Assembly (NCBI GenBank): GCA_964658305.1
Contig: OZ210885.1
Span: 25,048,001-25,112,000, forward strand
Source: Leptogorgia sarmentosa
Lineage: Eukaryota
DNA: 64,000 nt
Direction of reading: 5' to 3'
Both the position numbers and the translations under genes were made by a program. This document shows, one piece after another, positions 13,654 to 23,322 of the stretch. The first letter of the stretch is position 1. Each line of letters begins with the position of its first letter. The notes under the pieces are model-generated. The model was not told the origin of the DNA. It saw only the letters and a program-made list of their open reading frames with translations, and ran no database searches.

Positions 13654-14937
13654 TCATCTTAGATACAGTTGGATTGATTGGCGAATTGTTTGGGCTACGG
13701 GATTTTGAACTATTCCCCTGTTTTGCACCTGCTCGTCGGCCTGCATCCCTTCTCTCTCCAATGCAATGATCTGTTGCAGAACTTCGTCGTCATCAAATTC
13801 TTCTCCTGCACTCTGACAGAAATTGTGCAAAATACAGCAGGTGAGAATAACTTCTGGAATGTTGCAAAATTTGTTATCGAGGCATTTCAGAAGAATTCTC
13901 CATCTAGCCTTAAGTATTCCAAATGCTCGTTCGACAGTGGAGCGGGCAGACGACAAAGTTTTGTTGTAGTTCCTTTGAGAACGGTTGAGAATAACGTTTA
14001 TTGGATAAGGTTTTAAAAGCCATGGTAGCAGAGGATATGCTCCGTCTCCGAGCAAAAGTGGACGGATCGTAACCCCATTTAATGAAATGACTGGCTCTTT
14101 AAGAACATCGCCATTCTCTGCCTTCGTAAAAATGTTGCTCGCGCGTAATATCCGAGCGTCGTGCATACTACCTGGATATCCGATAGCAGTGTCCAAGAAC
14201 ATCAGATTTTCTCCAACCACAGCTTGCATAGTTACACTATAGCGGTGGTGGCGGTCAAAATAATCAAATGGTTCATCGGGCGCAATGATTTCGATGTGCG
14301 TACCATCAATAGCTCCAACAGCTTGTGGAATTTTGCATTCATCCTGGAAAAGGGCAATTGCCCTGGCTGTTTCATCGCGATTGGTAGGGAATTTGATGTA
14401 ATTGCCCACGAAACGATTCAACGCTTTGCAAAATTCTTTTGTGATTGTCACGCAAGATGATTTTCCAACATCGAAGTGGGTCGCGATGGTCCGAAAGCTT
14501 GCACCTCCAGCCAGACGCCATAAAGCAATAGCCACTCGCTTTTCAGGAGGAATGGCATCTCGAAAAACAGTGTTTCTCTTGCATATTTCCGGCCTGACCA
14601 TTTCCACTAGTCGCAAGAATGTGGTTTTCTGCATGCGAAAATGTTCCTTCCAGTAACGGGATTGACGCTCGTCTTGGAGGATTACTTCAAACCATCCAAC
14701 TCTCGGTCTAGGAATTACCCAAAACTCACGATCGAGCCTAGGGTAGATCACTTTGGCAACTGCGAGAAGAAGCAATGTTGTTGTCGTCTGAAGCATCTGC
14801 AAACGTCGCATGTTTTGATCCATTTGATGAAGCAGGAGGTGCATTCGTCGCCGTCTGCGATTTAGCGCCCTTCGTTTTTTAGCATTGCGAAGATGCTGAT
14901 ACATAAAGTGAAGTAAAAGCAAAGAATCTCTCTCCAT
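13654..14937 (-). CDS. Harbinger DDE transposase (HARBI1-like), 427 aa
   Basis: FRM...F, GAIDGTHI, GYPGSMHDARI, LLGDGAYPL, RSTVERAFGILKARW and CCILHNFC. Confidence 0.95.
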   Translation of the reverse strand: MERDSLLLLHFMYQHLRNAKKRRALNRRRRRMHLLLHQMDQNMRRLQMLQTTTTLLLLAVAKVIYPRLDREFWVIPRPRVGWFEVILQDERQSRYWKEHFRMQKTTFLRLVEMVRPEICKRNTVFRDAIPPEKRVAIALWRLAGGASFRTIATHFDVGKSSCVTITKEFCKALNRFVGNYIKFPTNRDETARAIALFQDECKIPQAVGAIDGTHIEIIAPDEPFDYFDRHHRYSVTMQAVVGENLMFLDTAIGYPGSMHDARILRASNIFTKAENGDVLKEPVISLNGVTIRPLLLGDGAYPLLPWLLKPYPINVILNRSQRNYNKTLSSARSTVERAFGILKARWRILLKCLDNKFCNIPEVILTCCILHNFCQSAGEEFDDDEVLQQIIALEREGMQADEQVQNRGIVQNPVAQTIRQSIQLYLR

Positions 14938-17900
14938 TTACAATTTATAATATGAAAGTGCTCCCAAATGTGAATGGCGCGTAATTTGAACTTGCCAAAA
15001 ATACCATAGACACTTTATCTGTCATTACAATCTTAAGCAAGCATAATTTCTTTTTCAGTGTGACCGCGACGTGCTTGCTCAACATTCTAGCACTTGCTTG
15101 AATGACGTCACAAGCAAGCACGGTAATCCTTTGCTAATCCGCAAGCACAAGCGCTAGTGTGACCGCAACCAAAGATAGCTTGGTCAAACAGGAAGCTATT
15201 TTAAATTGCACTGACAAAAAGTGGTCATCATTTTTATGTGTTCTTGGTCTTTCTTCAGTTTTACATAGAAACATTAATACTTATTACCCAGATTGTGGGG
15301 AATCCAGAAATAAACTGTTGTTTAATCGGTTTGTTCAACCAAGGGATGAACAAACACATAATGTAACTGGTAATGACATCCATATTTTATTTTGTCGTGA
15401 TGGCACTATTAAACCTGGGGAGGTCTTTCAACCCAACCATTTTGTTCCTCTTCTTTTTCACCATATTTCACAGAAACGCAAAGCTGTTGTAGATGTGAAG
15501 GGTTCTGCAGTGACAAAGAAGCCAAAATCTCTTCCATCCTTTTCTGAAAAAGTTGCCAAAAAATCTAAACCTGATGCCAATATTTTAAATTTTTTTACTG
15601 TATCTGAAACCCCTATAGTTCATCAAACCCCTATTATGAAGAAGGCCCCTAATGAGAGCTTTACTTCTGCAGCTCAACTTGCTGCTCATGAAGTTGAAAC
15701 AACTGTGCCAACCAGTTCAGGTTTGGCTCCAACAAAAGTCTCTAGTAGCAAAATCTCCATTCCTGCTAAGAATGTGAAAGATACCAGTAATAAACCACTT
15801 AAACCACCTATTAATCATAACTATGATATAGCCTTTTATGGGGAATTGGTTAAAGGTATGGATGATTCAGAAATTTGCAAACTTATAAAGAATGTATTTA
15901 AGCCAGATGAGAGTTATGTTTTCCCTAAGACCAATGGTAGAAGCTTCAGATATCAGTGGTTAAAAATTCATAGTTGGCTTTGTTATTCACCATCAAAAGA
16001 TGGTGCATTTTGTTTGTCATGTGTTCTTTTTGGGCATCGCTTTCCTGACAAAGCCCACAAAATAAGTAGACTTTTTTCACAGCCATTTTCCTACTGGACT
16101 AATGCTACCAATACTTTTAACCGCCATGCTGGGCGTGGAACTGGAGGTGATTTGGGCTTGCATGCATGTACTTTCCCCCTTTTGACTTCATTACTTGCTA
16201 TGATGTCTGGAGCCACTGTCCCCAATATAGGAATCATGATCAATGAAAACCTTCAAAAGGAGGTTGAGGAAAACAGGAAAAAACTTGCTCCAATTGTTGA
16301 CACAATAATTTATTGTAGTCGTTCTGGTTTGCCTTTGCGTGGTCATCGTGACGATTCCAAATATCACCCAGAGGTCGGGGGTTACTCCAATGGGGGTGTT
16401 GGAAATTTCATTGAAGCCCTTAATTTCAGAGTTCGAGGAGGAGATAAAGTTTTAGAAGACCACTTGAGGACTTGTGGGAAAAATAGATCGTATATTTCCA
16501 AGACAAGCCAAAATAAATTAATTGTTTGTTGTGGTGATGTTATTACTGATAGGCTTGTTAATGAGGTTAAGGAAAGTAAGTTTTACACGATTCTAGCAGA
16601 TGAAGCTGCTGATTCATCACACAAAGAACAGATGTCACTTGTCTTGCGTTTTGTTGATTCTGAAATGAATGTCAGAGAGGAGTTTATTTCATTTTTGCAG
16701 TGTAAATGGGGTTTAAGTGGGGCTGACCTTTCAAAACTTATTTTAGAAGCACTTGATAATTTAGCACTGCCTATTGAAAATTGCAGGGGACAGGGGTATG
16801 ATGGTGCTGGTGCTGTCGCTGGCCATATAAATGGTTTGGCTGCACATATATTAAGACTCAATCCCAAAGCACTTTATACTCATTGTTTTAGTCATAGGTT
16901 GAATTTGTCTGTATGTGATTCTTTGGGGATAGTTGAGATAAAGAACATGCTTAAGCACGTAAATGAAGTTTCACATTTTATTAGAATTTCTCAGACCCGT
17001 AGCATGCCTTTTGAACAGAATATAAAAGAACATAGCTCTGATACTGAGTCCAGAAAGTCTAAACTGGTAGATGTTTGCAGGACCAGATGGGTTGAACGGG
17101 TTGAAGGTTTGAACACCTTTCAGGAGCTTTTTGTACCACTGTATCACACTCTTGATGACATGGTTAATCAACGGGGAGATGGATTCAACCCTTCCCTTTC
17201 TAGTGATGCTCTTACTCATTTACACCGTATAGCTAAGTTTGATTTTATTGTAGTTTTAGTCATTACCAGACATGTTCTTGATATAACTTTACCTGTGACA
17301 CAGTTATTGCAAGGGAAAAGTATAGACATAATGGATGGCACACACTTAATAAATAGTTTAAAGAATGAATTAATATTAATAAGGAATTCTGTTGACACAT
17401 ATCATGATATGTGGTATGAGGAAGCCTTGCAGTTGGCAAGCAAAGTTGATGTTGAAGAGTCTAAGTTGAGGACGCTCGCTGGTAGACAAACGACCAGGGC
17501 AAATCCCCCTTTCCAATCTGTTTCTGAACATTTTAAACGGACCATAACTATACCACTTATTGACCATTTTAATTCCTCCTTAAAGGCACGATTTGATCTA
17601 GACAGTGTCAATGTTTATAAAGGGTTGTGTTATACCAGAAAAAATGTTATCTTTAAGTAGAAAAGGTATTGACTGGAAAGAAGAGTTCAAACCTGTTGCT
17701 TCTTTTTACTATGATGACTTGCCCAACCCTTTAGCATTAGATGCCGAGCTCTCGTTGTGGCACACGTATTGGAAATCGTATACTGGACCATGTCCTTCTA
17801 ACATAACTGCTACCTTGAAATCGGTCAACTTTGTGAGTTTTGAGAACATTAAAGTTATACTACGTATTTTGGGAACACTCCCTATTACCTCTTGCGAGTG

Positions 17901-18334
17901 CGAGAGATCTATCTCGGCTCTTAGGACTCTTAAAGACTATAAAAGAACCACTATGGTTGAGGAACGCCTTAATGTCTGGCTATGATGAAGATTCATCAGG
18001 AAATCGTCCCTGAAATAGGAAAAGTTATTGACAAGTTTTCCACTGGGAACACTAGATTGAAATTCAGTTGAATTTCAATATAATATTACTCTATTCCCAA
18101 ATGTGCCATAAAGTTTTTTATCATGATTACCTGAATATTTTAATTTGAATTAATAGTACATAGCATATTAGCATACACTTTCTTTTCTCTTTACGCACAA
18201 TACCATTTAAATTAGCAAATTATATATTAGCCTTGAATAAATGAACATCTCATATAGTAGGCATTAACACCTTGGTTGTCAAACAAAGTTTCAATGGTGT
18301 GCAAGTGAACGCACAAATTTTAGTGAAAATGTGG

Positions 18335-18660
18335 GGGGTAAAGGGTTAGAACAGACTGGGACGACATGCGAAAGTGAGCAGTTGCATGTCTAAAAAATGT
18401 CCCAAACAGTCACCCATTCTAACCAAACTCCTTTACCGATTTGGCAAAGGTGTGAAGGCGAGTATCTGGCGCCTTAAAACCAGATTGCTCTTTCGTGGGT
18501 CGGGGTAAAGGGTTAGAACAGACAGGGACGATATGCAAAATTGAGCAGTTGCATGTCTAAAAAATGTCCCAAACAGTCACCCATTCTAACCAAACTCCTT
18601 TACCGATATGGCAAAGGTGTGAAGGCGAGTATCTGGCGCCTTAAAACCAGTTCGCTCTTT
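18335..18660. repeat. Two-copy tandem repeat, about 167-bp unit, in the hAT 3' region
   Basis: GGGGTAAAGGGTTAGAACAG... starts at 18335 and again at 18502. Confidence 0.9.
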
Positions 18661-18678
18661 TTTATAGGCCTTGAAAAA

Positions 18679-18783
18679 GGCTGTCCATGTCCGGATGCAT
18701 ACGCGTACGTTATCCATAATTGATGGAGGATTGTACATGTATCCTAGACATGCTGATGAGCCCTGAAATCGGGCGAAACAGTC
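18679..18783 (+). ncRNA. Type III hammerhead ribozyme
   Basis: Stem III GGCUGU/ACAGUC, cleavage triplet GUC (C18685), stem I CAUGUC/GACAUG with a long paired extension, core CUGAUGA (18753-18759), stem II GCCC/GGGC, then GAAA. Confidence 0.85.
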
Positions 18784-19264
18784 AAAATACATTTGCAGAC
18801 ACAGATCGCAGACAAGCTTTGAAAAAATCGTAAATGTCACGCCTTAATGCAGGCCTTTATGAAATTCAAAGCCACGCCCACCGAAAAATTTGAAATGCCA
18901 CGCCCACTAATGGCTCTGAAAAACTTTTTGACTTACGTGTGAAAAATCCTAGATCCGCCCCTGGCATTCAGGGATAAATGCAGTAACCAACTCCGACTAT
19001 CGTGCTGTAGAGAGTGTTTTTGAATCACAGGAAGACTGGGTCCAGTATGGGATTGGGGGTGGACCCCCACCCAGTTGCGATACAGATAATAATGTGCAAG
19101 TGCCCGAGGTCAACTTTGAACCATCCCAAGAACAATTTCAGGAGTTGCAAGATCACATCAACCCATTGTTAGATGATGGTAACCATGGTATTAATCTATA
19201 TGTAGCTGCAATTATGGTACTTCAGCCTGAACATCAGAACTAAATACACTATATGCATACTATA

Positions 19265-19846
19265 CAGGGTGTCTAAAAAAAGGTAATCGAACTTTGGTGT
19301 GCCATCGTGCGTTAATTACTGGGTGTATGAACATAATTCTTGCATGGTCATAAAGATCAGGGTCTCAGCTATTGAATGACATGTTTTTTGTGTCATTATG
19401 AGCAGAGCAGAACGAATATGAGAGCGATTAAAATTGATGGTCGAAATTGCATATTTTCACCTCTGTGGCTAATTAAAGCAGTGCATAACAAAAGAAAAAT
19501 GCAATTCGTCACGAATGTGTCATGGTAAGAAAGATTTTATCAGGATTATTAATAATTATGCATAATCAGGTCGATTGTTGAAGGGAAGGTCGTCATATTC
19601 GAGTCCCAGAGGGAGTTAATTTTGAATAAGTTTAGCTGCAATTCTCAGAGGTGAAAGAATGCGTTTTTCACCGAGATTTTTCAACACGCTCGCATTTGCC
19701 TGATTTTCTTCCATATCGTACAACAAATATGTCATTCAACAGCTGAGACCTTGATCTTTATGACCATGCAAAAATCACGTTCGTACACCCAGTAATTAAC
19801 GCACAATGGCATGCCAAAGTTGGATTACCTTTTTTAAGATACCCTG
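19265..19846. mobile_element. Tc1/mariner-type MITE with long imperfect TIRs
   Basis: TA|CAGGGTGTCTAAAAAAAGGTAATC ... GATTACCTTTTTTAAGATACCCTG|TA. Inverted similarity extends well over 100 bp. Confidence 0.88.
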
Positions 19847-20218
19847 TATATGTGTGAACAAAATATGAAATAACAGAACCTCGTTCATCCATAAATTTCA
19901 ATAAACCAGGCTTTGAAGTAGATGTTTGCCACCAGTCACAATGTGTAAAAAACAGTTTGACTGTAAAATCAACAGTTTCACTAACCTTTATGCGTGTGTC
20001 ATCGGCTTCCCCGAGGGGGGGGACCCCGGGGAAATGTGGGGACTTACATAAATTGGTTGTACAATCTCTAAATATTTTCCCACTCTTAGGGCAATATAGT
20101 TTTGCAAAGGCCCCACATCTAAGGGCAACTCTACAAGTCTAGGTGTGTAAGTGTCCTTTATTTATTTTATTGGACAATCAAAATGAAACAAAAAATGAAC
20201 AATATATATGATACATTA

Positions 20219-20437
20219 AGGTCGATTTCCACTAAGAAAAATAAGCATGGGACTGGGCCGGAACAAAATTGAAGCCACGCATGGGCTTTCAGTATCAATT
20301 TTCTGTTCTAGTTTGAACCTGTGATCCTATCGTAAAGATTTGAAGTGTTTTTAGTCCGGTGATGTGGATAATACAAGCTGGAAAATAGTTCAGTCCGATC
20401 CGATCCCATGCTTATTTTCCTGAGTGGAAACTAGCCT
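20219..20437. mobile_element. Harbinger-type MITE
   Basis: Imperfect TIRs AGGTCGATTTCCACTAAGAAAAATAAGCATGGGA vs AGGCTAGTTTCCACTCAGGAAAATAAGCATGGGA, with TTA TSD. Confidence 0.8.
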
Positions 20438-20460
20438 TTACAGTTAGGAAAACAAGTCTT

Positions 20461-23322
20461 CTATAGTTCATCAGTGTCTTCTAAACACAGACCACAGATG
20501 TATTGTTCCATATTGTCAGCATCTTCCTGTGTAACACTCACACATGCACCATGAAACCATTCGTCGCAAGAGTCGCATTGTATCATAAGACCATCCTCTC
20601 CCTTCCTGCAAACGCAGTAAACATCAGCTTCGTCAGAATGATAATCTTTTCTCATAGATTTGCTTCTCTTCTTTTTATTTCTCTCTCTTCTAGCGAACTT
20701 TGCTACGTAATGCTGAACACATATTTCGGCATCTTCTCGTGACAACAAATGAGTCTTCGCTAAATTATCTATATCTTCTGGTAAAATATCCTTGTTCGCT
20801 TGAACAAACTTCTCAATTTGAGCTCTTGGTGGTATCTTCTGAGAAGCATCAGGACCCTTTTCTTTTACCCATTCAATGTGCTGCTCAGGTTTTAAGTAAT
20901 GCCCAGTGCAATTGTTACTACATTTCTTGCATGCGACACCCCATTTTCTTTCAGGGTCCGGAATAGGTAGAGGGAGAAACGACAAAGCCGGACCACCCGG
21001 ATACCATGTGGGTTCTGCAGACGGTTTTCCTTTTAGGCATTCAGGGTGTGGACATTCTGGACTGTAACATGGTTTAAGCATGAATAGATAATTTGTTGGT
21101 AACTCTGGGATCATATGCCTCTTGCGTAGTTCCCAAATTTGTGAAAAATATTGATATTCATCTGGGTGTAATTCTTTTAGGGCTGCTTTTGACTTCTTTG
21201 AACCTCTAAGAAATGTTAAAAGGTTTGACCGCCGATCACAATACAATTTACTGACTTCATCTTTTGCTCCTTTTACAAGGTGGATCTTTTTACCAAAACA
21301 TGGTGTACCAGACACGGTACTAATATACACTTCCGTCGCCGCGTTCAGATTCTTCTCCAGCTTTTCCTCACAGAGATGACCATCGTCATCCAGGTTTGAC
21401 CCATGAATTGTCGAAGGTATAAATACGTTAGAATGCCCAAGAGCTAAACACCCATTTTGGAGTTCAACTTTATTTAAGTAGCTTCTGCCGCTATACCTAG
21501 CTGACACAACTGTACATAATGATCCTTGTTGTAAATGCCTTTCAGTCCATTGAAATTGAACCTCTTGAAGGCTGGGGCTTTCATCCATTGCGCCATCTAC
21601 CCGTATGCACTCAACTTTCTTTCCTTCAAATAATGACTTATACTCAGGAAGTGAGGCAACCATTTTAAGATCCGCAGAATGTTGACCTGGATGTTTGGGA
21701 ATTATCTTATGCGGCTTGACCACACCGATACAAACTACAGGTGTATTCTCCGTCTCCATCAAGAGGTACGAGGTTGTTTGAAGCACTGAGGAATATCGGT
21801 TAACAAAGTCTGTCCGTGTTGTGAGTTCGGGTGTTAATTTAGTTTGCAAAACCGAATGCTGCTTGTGGGTGAATGTGCTGTCTAGGCGAAACCCAGAAGC
21901 ATCGTCACGATTGATAACAATTTTATCCAAACCATTCTTCAGCTGAATATAATCCAGGATCTGGTACATTGAGCAACTCCACTTCGCGTCCACATTCAAT
22001 TTGACATTAAAACCTTTCCTGGCTCGTCTGGAGACTATCTGTGCTGCTCCCCAGTACCTTTTGCTCGAAAGCTTTCTTTTGTTGTGCACACTACAAAGTT
22101 GTACAACTGTTCCATATCCAAATTTAGTGCTATATTTTTCTTCCAAGTACTCTTTGATTCTGCTGTATGTTAATTTGGGACCGCGTTTAACATTTCCGCT
22201 AAATGTGAGTAAGCCTGTTCGCCGCCATGAATCTGCCCCTATTCGTCTTTCGATAGCAAACTCTTCAATTGCCTTTCCGATATCTGGGTATTTCTGAACA
22301 GTCTTGCTTACCCTTGCGGGTTTGCGTCTCTGCAACAAACATTTTTTAGCCACAAGTTTGGAGATTCGTCGATTCTTCTGACGGCGAAAAATTGCACGCT
22401 GTTTCTTAATCTTTGCTTTTACTTCTTCACTATACAAAGGCAAGTCCTTAATAGCAACCCAGTCTTCTGGATTATCAGATTCTGAATCTGTTACAACGCT
22501 CTTCTCAGAATCACTATCACTTGACAATACAGTGATGTTAATGTCACTGTTATCATTGGAATCAGCTTCACTTCCTGTTTCTGTTTCACTAAAGACAATT
22601 CCTAACTCTTGAAGAGACAGGCCTTCTCTAATGGACAAAACTTCATCTACGGCATCTCGTATGTCACGGTACTGTTGTACGGCTTCTGCAACTGCTTCTC
22701 GCTCCTTAACAAGACTTGAAATTCCAAGTTCTTTCTTTGCCCTGGTAGCTGAAAAATTAGTTGTTGCAGCCACTCTGATAAGTTTTTTATCTTTTTCACT
22801 GGAAGCTAGTTCACAGAGTATCTTCAGATTTTCCCTTGAAATACCCTTTTGCATCAGTTCCGTCGGAACCAACATATTTAGAAACTTTACAAATCTTGCG
22901 TAGTTCATATCCGGCCTGTTTTCTGCGACATAAAGTTTGTCTTTAATTCTGAACACAGCAACTGGTAGTTGCATTAATCGCCGTACAGCCTTGTCAGATT
23001 TGTATTCGCAGTCAAAACACTTCCGAAAGCTTTCTGAAAGCGGAACTAAACCATGTTTCGATAGATACTTGGCAAACGTTATCAATGATGAACACTGCTG
23101 GCAACTCAACTGATTATGTATTTTCTGACAGTACATTTCTCGTGCAGTTACAAATTCTTCTAACGAAATATCACTAATATGGGACAAATATAAATCATTA
23201 CTTTTTTTTACACCATCCGTCAAGTTTCTTCTTATGTATTTTGTATATCTTTCGGACAGTTCATTTAATCCTGTAGCCGTCAAGTTCTTAAAACATGCTT
23301 TGGCTACAGGTTCGTTTAAACT
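20461..23322 (-). CDS. Zator-like DDE transposase ORF2 with C-terminal PHD finger (about 950 codons, no early ATG)
   Basis: INRDDASG, RVDGAMDESP and SGRSYLNKVELQN resemble Zator DD/VDGGPDENP/GRSAFNRVE motifs. C-terminal VYCVCR..MIQCDSCDEWFHGACV..YICGLC. Confidence 0.8.
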   Translation of the reverse strand, partial: SLNEPVAKACFKNLTATGLNELSERYTKYIRRNLTDGVKKSNDLYLSHISDISLEEFVTAREMYCQKIHNQLSCQQCSSLITFAKYLSKHGLVPLSESFRKCFDCEYKSDKAVRRLMQLPVAVFRIKDKLYVAENRPDMNYARFVKFLNMLVPTELMQKGISRENLKILCELASSEKDKKLIRVAATTNFSATRAKKELGISSLVKEREAVAEAVQQYRDIRDAVDEVLSIREGLSLQELGIVFSETETGSEADSNDNSDINITVLSSDSDSEKSVVTDSESDNPEDWVAIKDLPLYSEEVKAKIKKQRAIFRRQKNRRISKLVAKKCLLQRRKPARVSKTVQKYPDIGKAIEEFAIERRIGADSWRRTGLLTFSGNVKRGPKLTYSRIKEYLEEKYSTKFGYGTVVQLCSVHNKRKLSSKRYWGAAQIVSRRARKGFNVKLNVDAKWSCSMYQILDYIQLKNGLDKIVINRDDASGFRLDSTFTHKQHSVLQTKLTPELTTRTDFVNRYSSVLQTTSYLLMETENTPVVCIGVVKPHKIIPKHPGQHSADLKMVASLPEYKSLFEGKKVECIRVDGAMDESPSLQEVQFQWTERHLQQGSLCTVVSARYSGRSYLNKVELQNGCLALGHSNVFIPSTIHGSNLDDDGHLCEEKLEKNLNAATEVYISTVSGTPCFGKKIHLVKGAKDEVSKLYCDRRSNLLTFLRGSKKSKAALKELHPDEYQYFSQIWELRKRHMIPELPTNYLFMLKPCYSPECPHPECLKGKPSAEPTWYPGGPALSFLPLPIPDPERKWGVACKKCSNNCTGHYLKPEQHIEWVKEKGPDASQKIPPRAQIEKFVQANKDILPEDIDNLAKTHLLSREDAEICVQHYVAKFARRERNKKKRSKSMRKDYHSDEADVYCVCRKGEDGLMIQCDSCDEWFHGACVSVTQEDADNMEQYICGLCLEDTDEL

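Larger units (their letters stand above)
12021..15170. mobile_element. PIF/Harbinger transposon, apparently intact
   Basis: Perfect 21-bp TIR GGTTGCGGTCACACTAGCGCT and 3-bp TSD AAA. Removal restores the hAT frame (TRLTK|DSLVKQ). Confidence 0.95.
11038..18071 (+). pseudogene. hAT transposase with N-terminal vertnin/OTU-like domain; split by Harbinger, C-terminal frameshifts
   Basis: Exon 11038-11273 and GT-AG intron 11274-11776 give AIRSEASGNCLYSAVS, with later PNHFVPL (OTU-like C...H). TTF-type WLCYS..DGAFCLSC, LPLRGHRDD, ILADEAAD, GQGYDGA, HCFSHRLNL, CRTRWVER and TSCECERSIS. Confidence 0.9.
10507..18963 (+). mobile_element. hAT transposon (Tip100/P52rIPK-like)
   Basis: Perfect 16-bp TIR CAGGGGCGGATCTAGG. 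8-bp TSD GCATTCAG at 10499-10506 and 18964-18971. Confidence 0.95.
9407..19243 (+). pseudogene. Integrase-core (rve, IS3EU-like) transposase, spliced, internally deleted, split by hAT
   Basis: Intron about 9771-9998 joins [22 protein letters not shown]. Also [25 protein letters not shown] and WNNHPMST. The frame resumes after the hAT (LWHSGINA...INPLLDDGNHGINLY) to TAA 19241-19243. Confidence 0.82.

Noticed and set aside
23314..23320. Coronavirus-type U_UUA_AAC slippery site
   Set aside because: It is not in phase with ORF1 and overlaps its stop codon. Only the upstream U_UUU_UUA is correctly phased.
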